A stretch of DNA of 64,000 nucleotides, from contig OZ024757.1 in assembly GCA_964016885.1 (NCBI GenBank), positions 34,472,001-34,536,000 on the forward strand, in the 5' to 3' direction. Positions 26,982-41,307 of the stretch are shown here, piece after piece. This DNA is from Eledone cirrhosa. Its lineage: Eukaryota. How positions within the stretch are numbered: position 1 is the stretch's first letter; each line of letters opens with the position of its first letter. The position numbers and the translations under genes are program-made. The notes under the pieces are model-generated. The model saw nothing but the letters and a program-made list of their open reading frames with translations. It had not been told where the DNA came from and did not search any database.

Positions 26982-27292
26982 ACGCCAAAACTACACCTGA
27001 TGTGCCCCTTCCATACACATGCACACATGTGTGTATCATGACTCGTGCACTGTTCATTTTACTGATGTTTGTGCATTGCCCTATGTACTGTACATGCACT
27101 TTTTTGATGGGTTGTGGTGCACCTGGGCACTGTGCACAATATTTCATTATTGTTATTGTTATTATATCATGACTCATACACTGTTTATTTTCCTGACATT
27201 TGTACATTATTCTATGTACTATACATGCACCTTTGATGAGTTGTAGTGCACCTGAGCACTGTACACAATAATTTCATTATTATTATTATTAT
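26982..27292 (+). mobile_element. CR1 3' end, tandemly duplicated
   Basis: cgccaaaactacacctga (ORF end) followed by two 3' UTR copies, each ending in (ATT)n. Confidence 0.75.
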
Positions 27293-27302
27293 ATGTATAT
27301 AT

Positions 27303-27605
27303 ACACCCCCTTAAATATGAAGTTATGTTGGTACCACAACATCCAGTCCAAAACAAATGAGGTCGTGTAGGAGGTGTCACGACAAAAAAACACACAGTCC
27401 ACGCTGTAATGTGGCTGTGTAGGTAACACAGTAAAAACCTCCCAGTCCACACTGTAAACGTGGTTGGTGTTAAGAAGGGCATCCAGCCGTAGAAAACCCG
27501 CCAGACAGTCCTGAGCAAGACAACCAATCTTGCCTCAAGTGGGACAATTCCCGTCCAGACCCATGCTAGCGTGGAAAATGGACGTTAAACGATGATGATG
27601 ATGAT
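27303..27605 (+). mobile_element. 5'-truncated RTE 3' UTR
   Basis: Homologous to 47805-48230. Confidence 0.85.
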
Positions 27606-27606
27606 A

Positions 27607-27703
27607 CAGGGTGTTTACATTATTTAAATAATGCATATAAAACAGAATATATTTTAATGCATTTTTGTTTTTGCTGTTGAAGTGTCTATATTTTTTGAAC
27701 ATC

Positions 27704-27706
<3 letters not shown>
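27607..27706. mobile_element. Tc1/mariner-type MITE remnant
   Basis: TA|CAGGGTGTT...AACATCCTG|TA. Confidence 0.55.
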
Positions 27707-27748
<42 letters not shown>

Positions 27749-27797
27749 CGTGTATATATATATATATATATATATATGCAATACAATATAATACAAT

Positions 27798-28420
27798 GTA
27801 ATAATAATAATGAAATTATTGTGTAAAGTGCTCAGGTGCACTACAACTCGTCAAAGGTGCATGTATAGTACATAGAATAATATACAAATGTCAGGGAAGC
27901 GAATAGTGCATGAGTCATGATATACATGTGTGTATGTGTATGGAGAGGGAACATTAGGTGTAGTGTTGGCGAATCTCGGGAAGCATTGAGGTTTTAAAGG
28001 ATGCAGTGTCTCGACAGCTAACAACTGATGCAGGTAGTTTGTTCCATGCTTCAGCAACTCTGAGCGTGAAAAAATGTTTCCGAAAGTCAGGGGAACTGTG
28101 TTGTTTTCTGACTTTGTAGGCATGCCCACGTGTGTTAGACACATGGAAATCAAAAAGGTACTCAGGGTTGTTGTTGGCAAGATGGTTAACAATTTTGTGG
28201 GTGTTTACCAAGTCAGTTGCCAGGCGTCGGAGCTTCAATGTATCCATTCCCAGGGAAGCAAGGCATTCAGAGTATGGTAGATGCCTGATGGAGGGTATTC
28301 GCTTGGTTGCACGTCTCTGAACAGTTTCCAGGCGGTCAATGTTCTGAGCAAGATAGGGGTTCCAGACTGGTGATGCAAATTCTAAGTGTGGCCGCACCAT
28401 AGCCATGTACAGCCTTAAAT
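27798..28420 (-). mobile_element. 5'-truncated CR1-clade LINE (ORF2 C-terminus 28420-27954 plus 3' UTR)
   Basis: LYMAMVRPHLEFASPVWNP...LETVQRRATK...TRGHAYK...FFTLRVAEAWNKLP is a typical CR1-clade ORF2 C-terminus, followed by an (ATT)n tail. Confidence 0.92.
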
Positions 28421-29099
28421 AGATACAATATAAATGTTTTAAACACTCTTTGATTGTCATTTACATTGTATTCCAGCTCTATACTATACTTGAACTATTT
28501 TACATTGAACTATTTTCATACTTGCAATTGGGTAATATTTATTATTGCCCACATTATATATATATTTATATATAGCTGCAATTATATATATGTATGATTG
28601 TGTGTATATATGGGTGTGTGTGTGTGTGCTTGTGTAGGTATCTATGTGTGTGTACAAAACAGTTGACTTAAGAAGCATTGTAAAAATTTGATGTGTGTGC
28701 ATCCCAACACAAATGACCATAATAATAATAATTGTTTCTACTTTAGGCACAAGGCCAGCAATTACATAGTACATTACTGGTACTTTATTTTATTGACCCC
28801 GTAAGGATGAAAGGCAAAGTCAACCTCGGCAGGATTTGATAATAATAATAATCAATTACTATACAGTCCTATACGAGCAAGACACACTCACCCGATCAAT
28901 CTTGCCACAAGTGGGACAATTCCCATCTAACCCATGCTAACGTGGAAGATAGATGTTAAACGATGATGATGATGATGATGATGACGAATAGTTGAGAAAA
29001 TTGGATAAAGTATTCCTGGAGGAAAAAAAAAAGGAACAGAGATGCTTTTGACCCCTTTTTCCTGTTTCCAGGGGGTACTTTACTTGATTTTCAAAACCA

Positions 29100-29712
29100 C
29101 AAAAAAAAAAACATGCTATCCACCCTGTGAAGCAGCCATGCTGGTGACATGACAAAAACACCCTGTCCACCCTGTAATGTTAGTCGTGTTAGTGACATGA
29201 CAAAAAGCACCCAGTTTACATTATAAGATAGTCATACTGGTGACACAACAAAAACATTGTGTCCATCCTGTAAGGTGGTCGTGCTGGTGACATGTCAAAA
29301 AGTACCCAGTTTACACTGTAAGATGATCATGCTGGTGACATGACAAAAAGTACCTAGTCTACACTGTAAGATAGTTATGCTGGTGACACAACAAAAACAC
29401 TGTGTCCATCCTGTAAGGTGGTCACGCTGGTGACATAATAAAAAGTGCCGAGTCCACCCTGTAAAGTCGTCATGCTGGTGGCACAACAAAAAGTGCCCAG
29501 TCCACCCTGCAAGCTGGTTGTGCTGGTGACACTATGAAAAACCACCCAGCCCACACTGTAACATGGTTGGCATTAGGAAGAGAATGCAGCTATAGAAATT
29601 AAACCAAAATACAGATCCGTATGAGCAATACATGGTCACCTGAGCTAACTTGTCTCATAATGTGACAACCCATGCAAGCATGGAAAATGTATATTAAACG
29701 ATGATGGTATAT
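29100..29712 (+). repeat. RTE 3' UTR with the 49-bp unit expanded about 9-fold
   Basis: The array runs directly into ggttggcattaggaag...catggaaaatgtatattaaacgatgatg. Confidence 0.85.
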
Positions 29713-29763
29713 ATATATATATCATCATCATCATCATATGTATGTATATATATATGTATGTAT

Positions 29764-30303
29764 GTCGGGTCACTCTTGAGTGCTACTGGTAACATGTAAT
29801 CCAGTACAACTTGTCGCATGGTCGGGTCGTCGGCGACTAAACTGGCAACCCCACCAAGTTTACTTGGTGAGGAGGGTGATTTTGGACACCCTGCAGGACA
29901 AAAAACAAAACCTGACAAAGGGCGGAAGAACTCATAAGAGTCAACGGCCATCCGAAATTGTGTAAATATGTATATAGTCATGTACCGCCCGGTTAAACCA
30001 CTGGGAGTGAAGGACCCCTAGCCTTTGTCAGGGCATTCTTCTAGGAGAAGGCAACTCAGGAAGCTGGGATAACTCCGATATAAAACCTGTGGCTCAGTAG
30101 TTACCGATGATGTTGATCTTTTCTTCTTTTCAGGTTATAGCTACAGTCGCTCAGAGAGTGGGATTGGCTCAGTGCACAGTCTTTTCTCACTTTAAAAAAT
30201 ATCTTCACGCATAGGCATTGCATGATAGATTTAATTAATAATTATTAATAATGGTATATCGTGCAATGGCCATACTCGATAACGAGGGGGCAGCCATCAT
30301 CAT
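29764..30303 (+). mobile_element. Probable bipartite non-autonomous RTE derivative (5'-UTR-like part plus BovB-type tail)
   Basis: ctaggagaaggcaactc resembles RTE 5' UTRs. It ends in cgtgcaatggccatactcgataacgagggggcagcc, the tail of the 18005-18643 element, with no ORF between. Confidence 0.55.
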
Positions 30304-30594
30304 GTATGTATGTATATAAATATATATATATATATATAGTAAACAAGAAACTAGCAAACAAGAGGATGCAATAACATGAAATGTATTAGTTTTACGCTTT
30401 GAGGAAGATGAATGAGTTACATATATTGTACACTGTATTTCCATCACTTCATTTACAGTTGTGTGACAAAGAAGGCTGACCCACTACAGCGACATAGCTT
30501 CACTATTTATGTATACATCTATTTACATATATCTGTAAAACTGAAAGTGGTTGTTTATTATTTTTCCTGTAACTTATTAGAATTTTAGAAATTT

Positions 30595-31090
30595 TTTCAA
30601 CACGCTGATGCGTATGTGTATATATGTGTATATGTGCATATGCACACATTTATATGTATGAGTATATAGATATAAATGTGCAAACACAGACACTTAGAAA
30701 AATACACACTCACAGACATGCATTCACACACACGCACATACATTCAGTCAAACGCACATATACATTCACACAAACACACACATATATTCACACAAACACA
30801 CACACAGATATATTCACACAAACACACACACACATATATTTACACAAACACATGCACATATATTTCACAAATATACACACATATATTTACATAAACACAC
30901 ACACATATATTTACACAAACAAATACATGCACATACACTCACACACAGCGTAGCAATTGAAACGCCAGCCGCTGTTTTGCTATAGTTCACCATCCCCTTC
31001 CTTCCTTTTACACACACATACATTCACACACACACAAACACACACATGGAGTGACAGACAGATGGAAGCAACTCAAATTTATATATAGAT
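30595..31090 (-). mobile_element. Dispersed repeat with a Helitron-like 5' end; second copy at 37063-37362
   Basis: Both copies share aacgccagc.gctg.tttgc.atagtt..caccatccc and end in tttatatatagat (minus strand A|TCTATATATAAA). Confidence 0.5.
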
Positions 31091-31177
31091 TACAGAGGGA
31101 CTTCAGTGCTCCTGGACACACATTACTTAGTGTTGAATTAATATTCTCTTTCATTTTGATTATATACGTTTTATGTG

Positions 31178-31210
<33 letters not shown>

Positions 31211-31699
31211 CTATCATCAACATCATCATATTTATGTAATTAAATATTCATCATCATCGCTATCATTATCAACACCACCATCATTATCATATTTATGTAA
31301 TTAAATATTCATCAGTACCATCATCATCACCACCACCATCATCATCACCATCATATTTATGTAATTAAATATTATATATAATTTATGGGTGTATTTTCAT
31401 ACTGTAAGAATTATAAATAATTTGTAATGTTATTCAAAAAAAAAAAAAAAAAAAAAAAATTCCTAGATAATTATTTGACCCAGAGTGCAATGTAGGACTA
31501 AATACTTGCATATTATTTTTGTAAAGTTGCACATATTTTTTTACTTATGAACTGAACAGCCTGGCTATAAGCATGCTCTTTAACCCAGTTTTGTTGTTAG
31601 TCCTCCGTCAGTATAAACAACCAATATCCCTGTTGTTTGATCACCATAACAGCTTGTTTGTGGAATTAACTTGCAAATGACAGGTACATTTAGCCTTAA

Positions 31700-31908
31700 C
31701 CCTTTAGCATCTACATATATACTATTGTATTTTCATAGTAAAGGCTTTACCTCATATAATTATCTCACATAATATTGAAGTTATGAGATTTTGATATTAT
31801 TTTGAGAACAATACCTTAACATCAGTATGAGTGGCCAGTTACAGCCGGTTTGAACAGAAAGAGGTGAGAGAATTTTGGCCGGATATGGCCGGTTTAAATG
31901 CTAAAGGG
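31700..31908. mobile_element. piggyBac-type MITE, family P1
   Basis: TTAA TSD and TIRs are intact. Confidence 0.9.
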
Positions 31909-31909
31909 T

Positions 31910-32720
31910 TAATGTAGTTCTCAGGAAGATTCAGTGTGACCCAGTATGTGACACAGCTAGTTCTTTAAATTATAAGTACAGTCTATATTTTATTTTGAAA
32001 TCAGTAACTCAATATTTTACAAACATATGTACTCTTACTCTAATTCTCAGGGAGATTCAGTGTGACCCAGTAAGTGACAAGGCTGAAACATTGAATTACT
32101 GGTACAGATCATCTTGTATTATAAGTGGCTGAGCATTCCACAAACACATTAATGTAATTTATTCTCAGGGAGATTCAACATAATACAGTATGTGACAAGG
32201 TATAGGTATCTTGTATTATAGTTAGTGTAAGTGACTGAGCATTCCACAGACACGTGTACCCTGAAAGTAATCCTCAGGGAGATTCAACATAATACAGGGT
32301 TTGAGAAGGCTGGCCTTTTGAATTACTGGTACAGGTCAACTTGTATTATAGTGTGACAGCATTCCACAGACATGTGTATCCTTATCGTAATTCTCAGGGA
32401 GATTCAACACGAGACAGTTTGTGACAAGATACAGTCCATCTTGTATTATAGTGTAAGTGACTGAGCATTCCACAAACACATGTACACCTTAATGTAATTC
32501 ATTCTCAGGGCGATTCAACATAATACAGGGTTTGAGAAGGCTGGCCCATTGAATTACAGGTACAAGTCATCTTGTGTTATAGTGTAAGTGACAGCATTCC
32601 ACAGACACATGTATCCTTAATGTAATTCTCAGGGAGTATCAACGTGACACAGTGTGTGAGAAGGCTGACCCATTGAATTACTGGTACAGGTCATCTGGTC
32701 CTTTAAATTACATGCACAAC
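31910..32720. repeat. ~115-130 bp tandem array derived from a SINE body
   Basis: About 7 units of aattctcagggagattcaac...gtgacaagg...gagcattccacagacac. Confidence 0.85.
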
Positions 32721-32878
32721 TTTTTAAAAATTTGTGTTTTCGCACCTCAGTATATATTTTTACATCACACATAACAGAAATAACTCCACCCCCCACAAAA
32801 AAAAAACAAAAAAAAAAACACCCAAACCGAAACTAAACCAAATAAGCAAATAAATAATAAGATGACACATTAACTTAC

Positions 32879-32957
32879 CCGGGTATTTTTTACCCCTGGC
32901 TTTGAGTACATTCTGTAAATCTTTTAACAGTGACATGTCTACAGAAGTATTCTTCAT
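32879..32957 (-). CDS. Candidate first coding exon of an unidentified host gene
   Basis: Unique, non-repetitive sequence. ATG at 32957 gives MKNTSVDMSLLKDLQNVLKARGKKYP, followed by a strong donor CGG|GTAAGT (phase 1). No homology recognised. Confidence 0.35.
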
Positions 32958-33177
32958 AGTAAAACCAACAACGGTAATCTTGTAACAACTTCCTTCTTTC
33001 TTAATAAGCCTGCCTGCCTTTTTCTCTATTAATGAAACAACTCTGAAGTTATTTCTTCTAAAAAGTCTTGCTGCTGCTGTTGCTAATGTTGTTTCTGTTG
33101 CTGCTGATGTCGTTGATGTTTTTGCTGCTGATGTTGTTGTTTCTGTTGTTGTTCTTGATAATAATTTCCACAGCACC

Positions 33178-33232
33178 TCACTTCCAGCACGAAATCTCAC
33201 ATTAACCCCCACCAACCCACCCATGACGTCAT
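33178..33232 (-). promoter_or_regulatory. Candidate proximal promoter: CRE (ATGACGTCAT), GT-boxes, ETS-like GGAAGTG
   Basis: Perfect CRE palindrome at 33223-33232 with the CpG retained. It lies about 270 nt upstream of the candidate ATG. Confidence 0.35.
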
Positions 33233-33262
33233 CATACCAGATAAAACAATATGTAAATAAAT

Positions 33263-33316
<54 letters not shown>

Positions 33317-33432
33317 TTGGTATGTGTGTATATATATATATATATATACATATGCATTTATATACATTTATATCATCATCTTCATCGTGATCATTAAAGT
33401 CCATTTACCCTCTTACCATGAGGTGGATGGGG

Positions 33433-33469
<37 letters not shown>

Positions 33470-33488
33470 ACACATACACACACACAAG

Positions 33489-33539
<51 letters not shown>

Positions 33540-33572
33540 ATATATATGTATATGTATATATATATGTATATA

Positions 33573-33783
33573 TGTGTAGGCAACACGGTAAAAATCTCCC
33601 AGCCCCACACTGTAAATGTGGTTGGTGTTAGGAAGGGCATCCAGCTGTAGAAAACCCGCCAGATAGTCCTATGCGAGCAAGATAACCACTCTTGCCTCAA
33701 GTGGGAAAACCCTCCGTCCAAACCCATGCAAGTGTGGAACATGGACGTTAAACGATGATGATGATGATGATGATGATGATGAT
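33573..33783 (+). mobile_element. 5'-truncated RTE 3' UTR in (TA)n
   Basis: Homologous to about 48030-48230. Confidence 0.9.
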
Positions 33784-33864
33784 ATGTATATATGTATATA
33801 TATGTATATATCTATATATGTATATATATATATATATATGTGTGTATATATATATATATTTAGC

Positions 33865-34153
33865 ATTCAGTCCAAATAAATGAGATGAGATCGAGATCGT
33901 GTAGGTGTCACGACAAAAAAAAACACACAGTCCACACTGTAATGTGGTTGTGTAGGTAACACTGTAAAAAGTTCCCAGTCCACACTGTAAACGTGGTTGG
34001 TGTTAGGAAGGGCATCCAGCCGTAGAAAACCTGCTAGATAGTCCTATATGAGCGAGACACTGTCACCTGACCAACCTTGCCTTAAGTGGGTCAACTCCCG
34101 TCCAACCCATGTTAGCGTGGAAGATGGACGTTAAACGATGATGATGATGATGA
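33865..34153 (+). mobile_element. 5'-truncated RTE 3' UTR in (TA)n
   Basis: Homologous to the RTE 3' UTR, with a (GAT)n tail. Confidence 0.85.
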
Positions 34154-34297
34154 TATATATATATATAATTCTTCATATTCTTCTTCCGCCTCTAATATCT
34201 TATATAAATATTGATACTTATGCTTATCTAGCCTCCCATATTATGTATCCTCCTAATGTTCTTTGACAAACTTCTGATATTTTGACCTTTGTTGTCT

Positions 34298-34342
34298 ACT
34301 CTGATGATTTCGGCCTTGTGCTAGGATGAAACAATCGTAAGT
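34298..34342 (+). ncRNA. Minimal type-I hammerhead ribozyme motif, core intact
   Basis: act-CTGATGA-t(ttcggc cttgt gctagga)t-GAAAC-aatc-GTA-agt. It lies inside a TA-flanked insert at about 34168-34385. Confidence 0.65.
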
Positions 34343-34511
34343 GATTAAATGTTTTAAACACTCTTTGATTGTCATTTACATTGTGTATATATATATATAT
34401 ACATATATACACATATTCAATGTACTATACATGCACCTTTGATGAGTTGCAGTGCACCTGAGAACAGTACATTATAATCTTCGTTATTATCATTATCATT
34501 ATTATTATTAT

Positions 34512-34912
34512 GTGCAGTGAATTGGCAGTATTGGTAGAGTGTCAGACACCATGCTTTACAGCATAGAGTTATGTCCCTTTACGTTCTGAGTTCAAATCCT
34601 GCCGAGATTAACTTTGCCTTTCATCCTTACGGTGTCGATAAAATAAAGTACCAGTCACGCACTGGGGTCGATTTAATCGCCTTTCCCCTCCCCCAAAAAT
34701 TGTTGGCCTTGTGTCTATATAAGAAACCTTGGCAGTATCGGTAGAGGGTTGGACGCCATGCTTTAACGCATAGAGTTACACCCCTTGCCATTCTGAGTTC
34801 AAATCGCGCCAAGGTTAGCTTTATCTTTCATCCTGACGGGGTCGATAAAATAAAGTACCAGTAATACACTGGGTATTTGCTGGCCTTGTGCCAAACGTAG
34901 AAACAATTATTA
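34512..34912 (+). mobile_element. Two tandem family A SINEs
   Basis: Two A-box/B-box/central-domain units. Confidence 0.85.
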
Positions 34913-35234
34913 TACATAAATACATACATACACACATACAAACACACTAATATATAATCACATGCTAATATATATAAGTGTATATAAATATATATATAAA
35001 TGGAATTGTTAAATGAATTAAATAATTTATTATTTACAATTTTGCCAAAGACTATATTTCCTATGTTTGAAAAATGTGGTAAATTATTTATTCTAACAAT
35101 ATTGATTTCTTAATCAGCCACAAAGGATTTGTATAGAATATAGTAAACATTATAAACATAGGGGTTACAATAGATTTAGGGGTCAGACAATGTTATATAT
35201 AATATAGTAAACATTATACGTGTAGATGCCATAA

Positions 35235-35660
35235 CCAAAAGCATCCAGCTCACACTGTAAAGTGGTCATGAGGGAGTCCTGATGAATAACACACAGCCCA
35301 CACTGTAAAGTGGTCATGAGGGAGTCACGATAAAAAACACTCAGCTCACACTGTAAAGTGGTTGTGAGGGAGTCACGATAAAAAACACTCAGCCCACACA
35401 CTAAAGTGGTTGTGAGGGAGTCACGATAAAAAACACTCAGCCCACACAGCAAAGTGGTTGTGAGGGAGTCACGATAAAAACACTCAGCTCACACAGTAAA
35501 GTGGTTGTGAGGGAGTCACGATAAAAAACACTCAGCCCACACAGTAAAGTGGTTTTGAGGGTGTCACAATGAAAAACACTCAGCCCACACTGTAAAGTGG
35601 TCATGTAGGTGACACGACAAAAAGCACCCAGCACACACTGTAAATGTGGCTGGCATTATC
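35235..35660 (+). repeat. 49-bp minisatellite derived from the RTE 3'-UTR unit
   Basis: About 8 units of cacactgtaaagtggttgtgagggagtcacgataaaaaacactcagcc. Confidence 0.9.
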
Positions 35661-36144
35661 AAGAATTTAGGAAATAATTAACTTTCACATTACGTTGGTG
35701 TTTGGAACATAGCTTAACAAAGGTTCTTAGATAAAACTGCCTTGGAAGGATTTTGAAATAAATACAAACACATTAAAATAGGCAGCTTTGAAAACATAAA
35801 GCCGGAATAGATCCAGAGGCGGTTTAGTATATAGTAATAACTATGAATAATAAATATGATACTTAGAGTGTTTAACACAAACAGTAGTACAAAAACAGAG
35901 ATACAAAAACAGCAAAAAACATCAACAAACAACACAGCAGTTCTTCACATGATTTTGGATGAAATACACAAATTTTCCTAACATTTTGGCTTGATGGATA
36001 AAGAAGGAAAATTATTAGTCGTAGAAGTTGGTACTGTAATAAGAATCGTGTAACAAATTGGTGTTTATGTATCATATCTGCACATACACCGAATAAACAC
36101 ATATTGCATATGTACAGATGTACAGAATGTCTATAACGTGGTAT

Positions 36145-36201
<57 letters not shown>

Positions 36202-36414
36202 TTAGTAAGTACATATATATATACATATATACACACATATGTACATACATATACATACATATATACATACATACATATATATACATACTCATACATACAT
36301 ATGTACAAACATTTATATGTACATACAAACATATATACATACATACATACACACATGCATGCACATACATGCAAAGATACACGCACACACACATATATAT
36401 ATATATATATATGA

Positions 36415-36810
36415 AGGCGCATGGCTTAGTGGTTAGAGCATTGGGCTTGCAATCGAAAGGTTGTCAGTTCAATACTCGGACAGGGTGATGTGTTGTTTCC
36501 TTGAGCAAGACACTTTATTTCACATTGCTCCAGTTTACTCAGCTGTAGAGTTGAGATGATAGGATTGGGGTCCCTATCATTCCATTGCACAGTGGTCGTG
36601 GAGGTGCCATGGCAAAAAAGCACCCAGCACTCACTGTAAATGAGGTTGGTGTTAGGAAGGGCATCCAGCTGTAGAAATCAAGCCAGCATCAGTTCCCGTA
36701 TTAGCAAGACAAGATCAGCCGACCAGACACTGCCCACAACAGGACAACCCATCTAACCCATGTTAGCGTGGAAGAACGGGCGTAAAACGGTGATGATGAT
36801 GATGATGAGG

Positions 36811-36811
<1 letters not shown>
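36415..36811 (+). mobile_element. Family B CORE-SINE with RTE tail, inserted in (TA)n
   Basis: Near-identical to 6932-7336. Confidence 0.9.
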
Positions 36812-36841
<30 letters not shown>

Positions 36842-37832
36842 TTTATACACACACAGTATATATGGGAGTCTAGAATAGCCCTACAATGCATGTCTAAGTT
36901 GGTAATTTGATGAACCTAAGGCCTGCACTTTCCACTCCTCAGGTCATAACACCATACAACCCTCTCCACCACTTTGTATATTTACACAGTGTTGCTGTGT
37001 AGCAAAGATGTTTTGTGATTTATTTATTGATTGCAGGAAATTATAATATACTAGGATTCTTTTAAACATGCTGACGCATATGTGTGTGTGTGTATGTGCA
37101 TACATTTATATGTATGAGTATAGAAATAGAAATGCGCAAACACAGACACATTTACAAAATTACACATTCACAGACAAACAAACACACACACACACACACT
37201 CACACACACTCACACACAGTGAAGTAAATGGAACGCCAGCTGCTGGTTTGCAATAGTTTTTTCACCATCCCTTTCCTTTTATACACACATACATTCACAA
37301 AAAACACAAATACACACATTGTGTGACGGACGAACTGAAGTCGCTCATATTTATATATAGATTTTATTTAACTTGACAAATCTGTAGAAAACTGTGATTC
37401 TTTAAGCTTCAATAATGCACCTTTCTGAGATCTGTGTCTAAGGTGGCTACCTAGTTGGCCCTGTATAAAACTGTATATGCACCACTCTGAGATTTGTGTT
37501 GAAGGTGGGCCTTGTGGTCCTTGATGGTAGCATTAACCCTGTAGAAAATTGTGGTTCTTTAGGGTTCAGTAATGTATCTCTCTGTGGTTTGTGCCCTATG
37601 TAGCTGCCTAGTTGACCTTAATATTAGCAACGACTCTAACCCCCACCTATATATATATATATATCACCACCTGAGCAGGCATTACTCACAACAGGATAAC
37701 TCGTCTAACCCATGCCAGTGTGAAACATGGACGTGAAACGGTGATGATGGTGTGTACATACTGATGTATATATATATATATGTATACATGTATATATATG
37801 TATACATGTATATATATGTATACATGTATATA

Positions 37833-37871
<39 letters not shown>

Positions 37872-37945
37872 ACAGGGAGAAAGAGACGATTATTAGAAAG
37901 AAAAATATATTTTTTTCCTTTTTTATTTCTCTCTTTTTTCTGGGT

Positions 37946-38012
<67 letters not shown>

Positions 38013-38040
38013 ACGCAATATATATACATATATATATATT

Positions 38041-38080
38041 TGTCTAGTGGCCCCGAGTGCAACCGGGCTCAGCTGCTATA
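38041..38080 (+). mobile_element. Possible Helitron 3' terminus remnant
   Basis: GC-rich hairpin cccgagtgcaaccggg followed by ctcagctgcta(t), resembling hairpin+CTAG. Confidence 0.35.
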
Positions 38081-38086
38081 TATATA

Positions 38087-38138
<52 letters not shown>

Positions 38139-38141
<3 letters not shown>

Positions 38142-38546
38142 TAATAGAGAAGACCCGCCTTACCTAAATACATAGTAAAACCTACTACAGTCAGTAGGCA
38201 TCTCTAACAAAATACCCCCCCACCCCACCCCACCCACACCGCCCCCTTCTATGTAAAGTTATGTTGGTGCCACACCATCCAGGCCGAAACAAATGAGATC
38301 GTGTAGGTGTCACGACAAAACAAACACACAGTCCACGCTGTAATGTGGCCGTGTAGGTAACACGGTAAAAACCTCCCAGCCCCACACTGTAAATGTGGTT
38401 GGTGTTAGGAAGGGCATCCAACTGTAGAAAACCTGCCAGACAGTCCTATGCGAGCAAGACAACCACTCTTGCCTCAAGTGGGAAAACCCCCGTCCAAACC
38501 CATGCAAGCGTGGAACACGGACGTTAAACGTTGATGATGATGATGG
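38139..38546 (+). mobile_element. 5'-truncated RTE (ORF end plus full 3' UTR) in (TA)n
   Basis: Begins cagtaatagagaagacccgccttacctaa, identical to about 47697-47725. Confidence 0.92.
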
Positions 38547-38549
38547 CAC

Positions 38550-39964
<1,415 letters not shown>

Positions 39965-40325
39965 ATTACTTTTTATTTTATAAACAGGAAAAACACATCT
40001 CATATATATTCCATTATTCATATATTCTTTTGTTCATTTGTTTTCTCTTATTCTTTAACTGGTTTCAGTCATTAGGCTGTGGCCATGCTGGGGCACCACC
40101 TTAAATGGATTTTAGGCAAGGCAATCATTTTGTTGCCAGTGCATTATTTATTATTTTTTTTATTTAAAAAAAATGAAACAATTTTTTTTTTTTCATGCCT
40201 GGTACCTCTTTTTTATTTTGGTGGGTGAGGGTGGGGGTGGGGGCTTCTCTTTTGTCGAACTGCTAAGTCACAGAACATAAACAAAGTCACAGACAGAAAT
40301 ATAAACATAGTCACACTAGTATATA

Positions 40326-40450
40326 TCATCATCATCATCATCATCCTTTTACGTCCGCTTTTCCCTGCTTGCGCGGGTGGGACGGGTCCTATTCAGCACA
40401 GCATCTCTCCACTTGTCACGGTCCTTCGTCATCTCCTCTGTGAGCTTCAG
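40326..40450 (-). mobile_element. 3' end of a second RTE subfamily
   Basis: Reverse complement gaggagatgacgaaggaccgtgacaagtggagagatgctgtgctg matches 63945-63990, followed by a (GAT)n tail. Confidence 0.75.
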
Positions 40451-40476
40451 CGTATGTATGTATCTATCTATCTATT

Positions 40477-40611
<135 letters not shown>

Positions 40612-40745
40612 CTATATATATATATATATATATATATTGTGGGTAATATTAAATATTATCCAATTACAAGTATGAGAGTAGCTAAATGTAAAATAACAAT
40701 TATTACAGAGTCGAAGTACTTTATAAAGTATACATATATATATAC

Positions 40746-40810
<65 letters not shown>

Positions 40811-40812
<2 letters not shown>

Positions 40813-40968
40813 CGGCAAACTGGCAGAGTAATTAGAATGTCGGATAGAATGTTTTATGGTATTCGTTCCAGCATTCTGCTCTCGGAGTTCAGATCCAGTA
40901 AAGGTCAACTTAGGCTTTCATCATTTCGAGGTCAATAAAAAAAGTATAGTCTAGTACTGGGGTCGATT
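40811..40968 (+). mobile_element. tRNA-derived SINE (family A-related)
   Basis: ggcggcaaactggcagag...ggagttcagatcc...gctttcatcatttcgaggtcaataaaa. Confidence 0.7.
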
Positions 40969-41099
40969 CTTCTCCTATATCTCTTTCTTATTTCCTCTCT
41001 CTCACTTTCTATCTTTCTCTGAAAGAAATCTGCTGTACACAGACATTTTTTCAAATTCCATCCCGCCCGCCCCCTTAATCTATTTTATTTCTCATTCTT

Positions 41100-41135
41100 T
41101 CTTCTGATGAAGGACTAGCATCTGATACGTTAAGA
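41100..41135 (+). ncRNA. Degenerate minimal hammerhead in a probable Penelope pseudo-LTR
   Basis: tctt-CTGATGA-agga ctagca tct-GATAC-GTT-aaga (GAAA changed to GATA). It lies just upstream of the Penelope RT. Confidence 0.55.
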
Positions 41136-41307
41136 CCCTCTTCCTGTTATATCAAGCGTTAACTTAATATATACCTTCCATATACTGTACCAGTTGTGTT
41201 GTTATTTCTGTATACCTTTTACATACATACATCATCATCATCATCATCATTTTACGTCCGCTTTTCCCTGCTTGCAAGGGTGGGACATTGTTATCTATAT
41301 ATATATA

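Noticed and set aside
4880-35660. Regular 40-49 bp arrays resembling CRISPR
   Set aside because: The units are contiguous with no unique spacers, no cas genes are present, and the context is eukaryotic.
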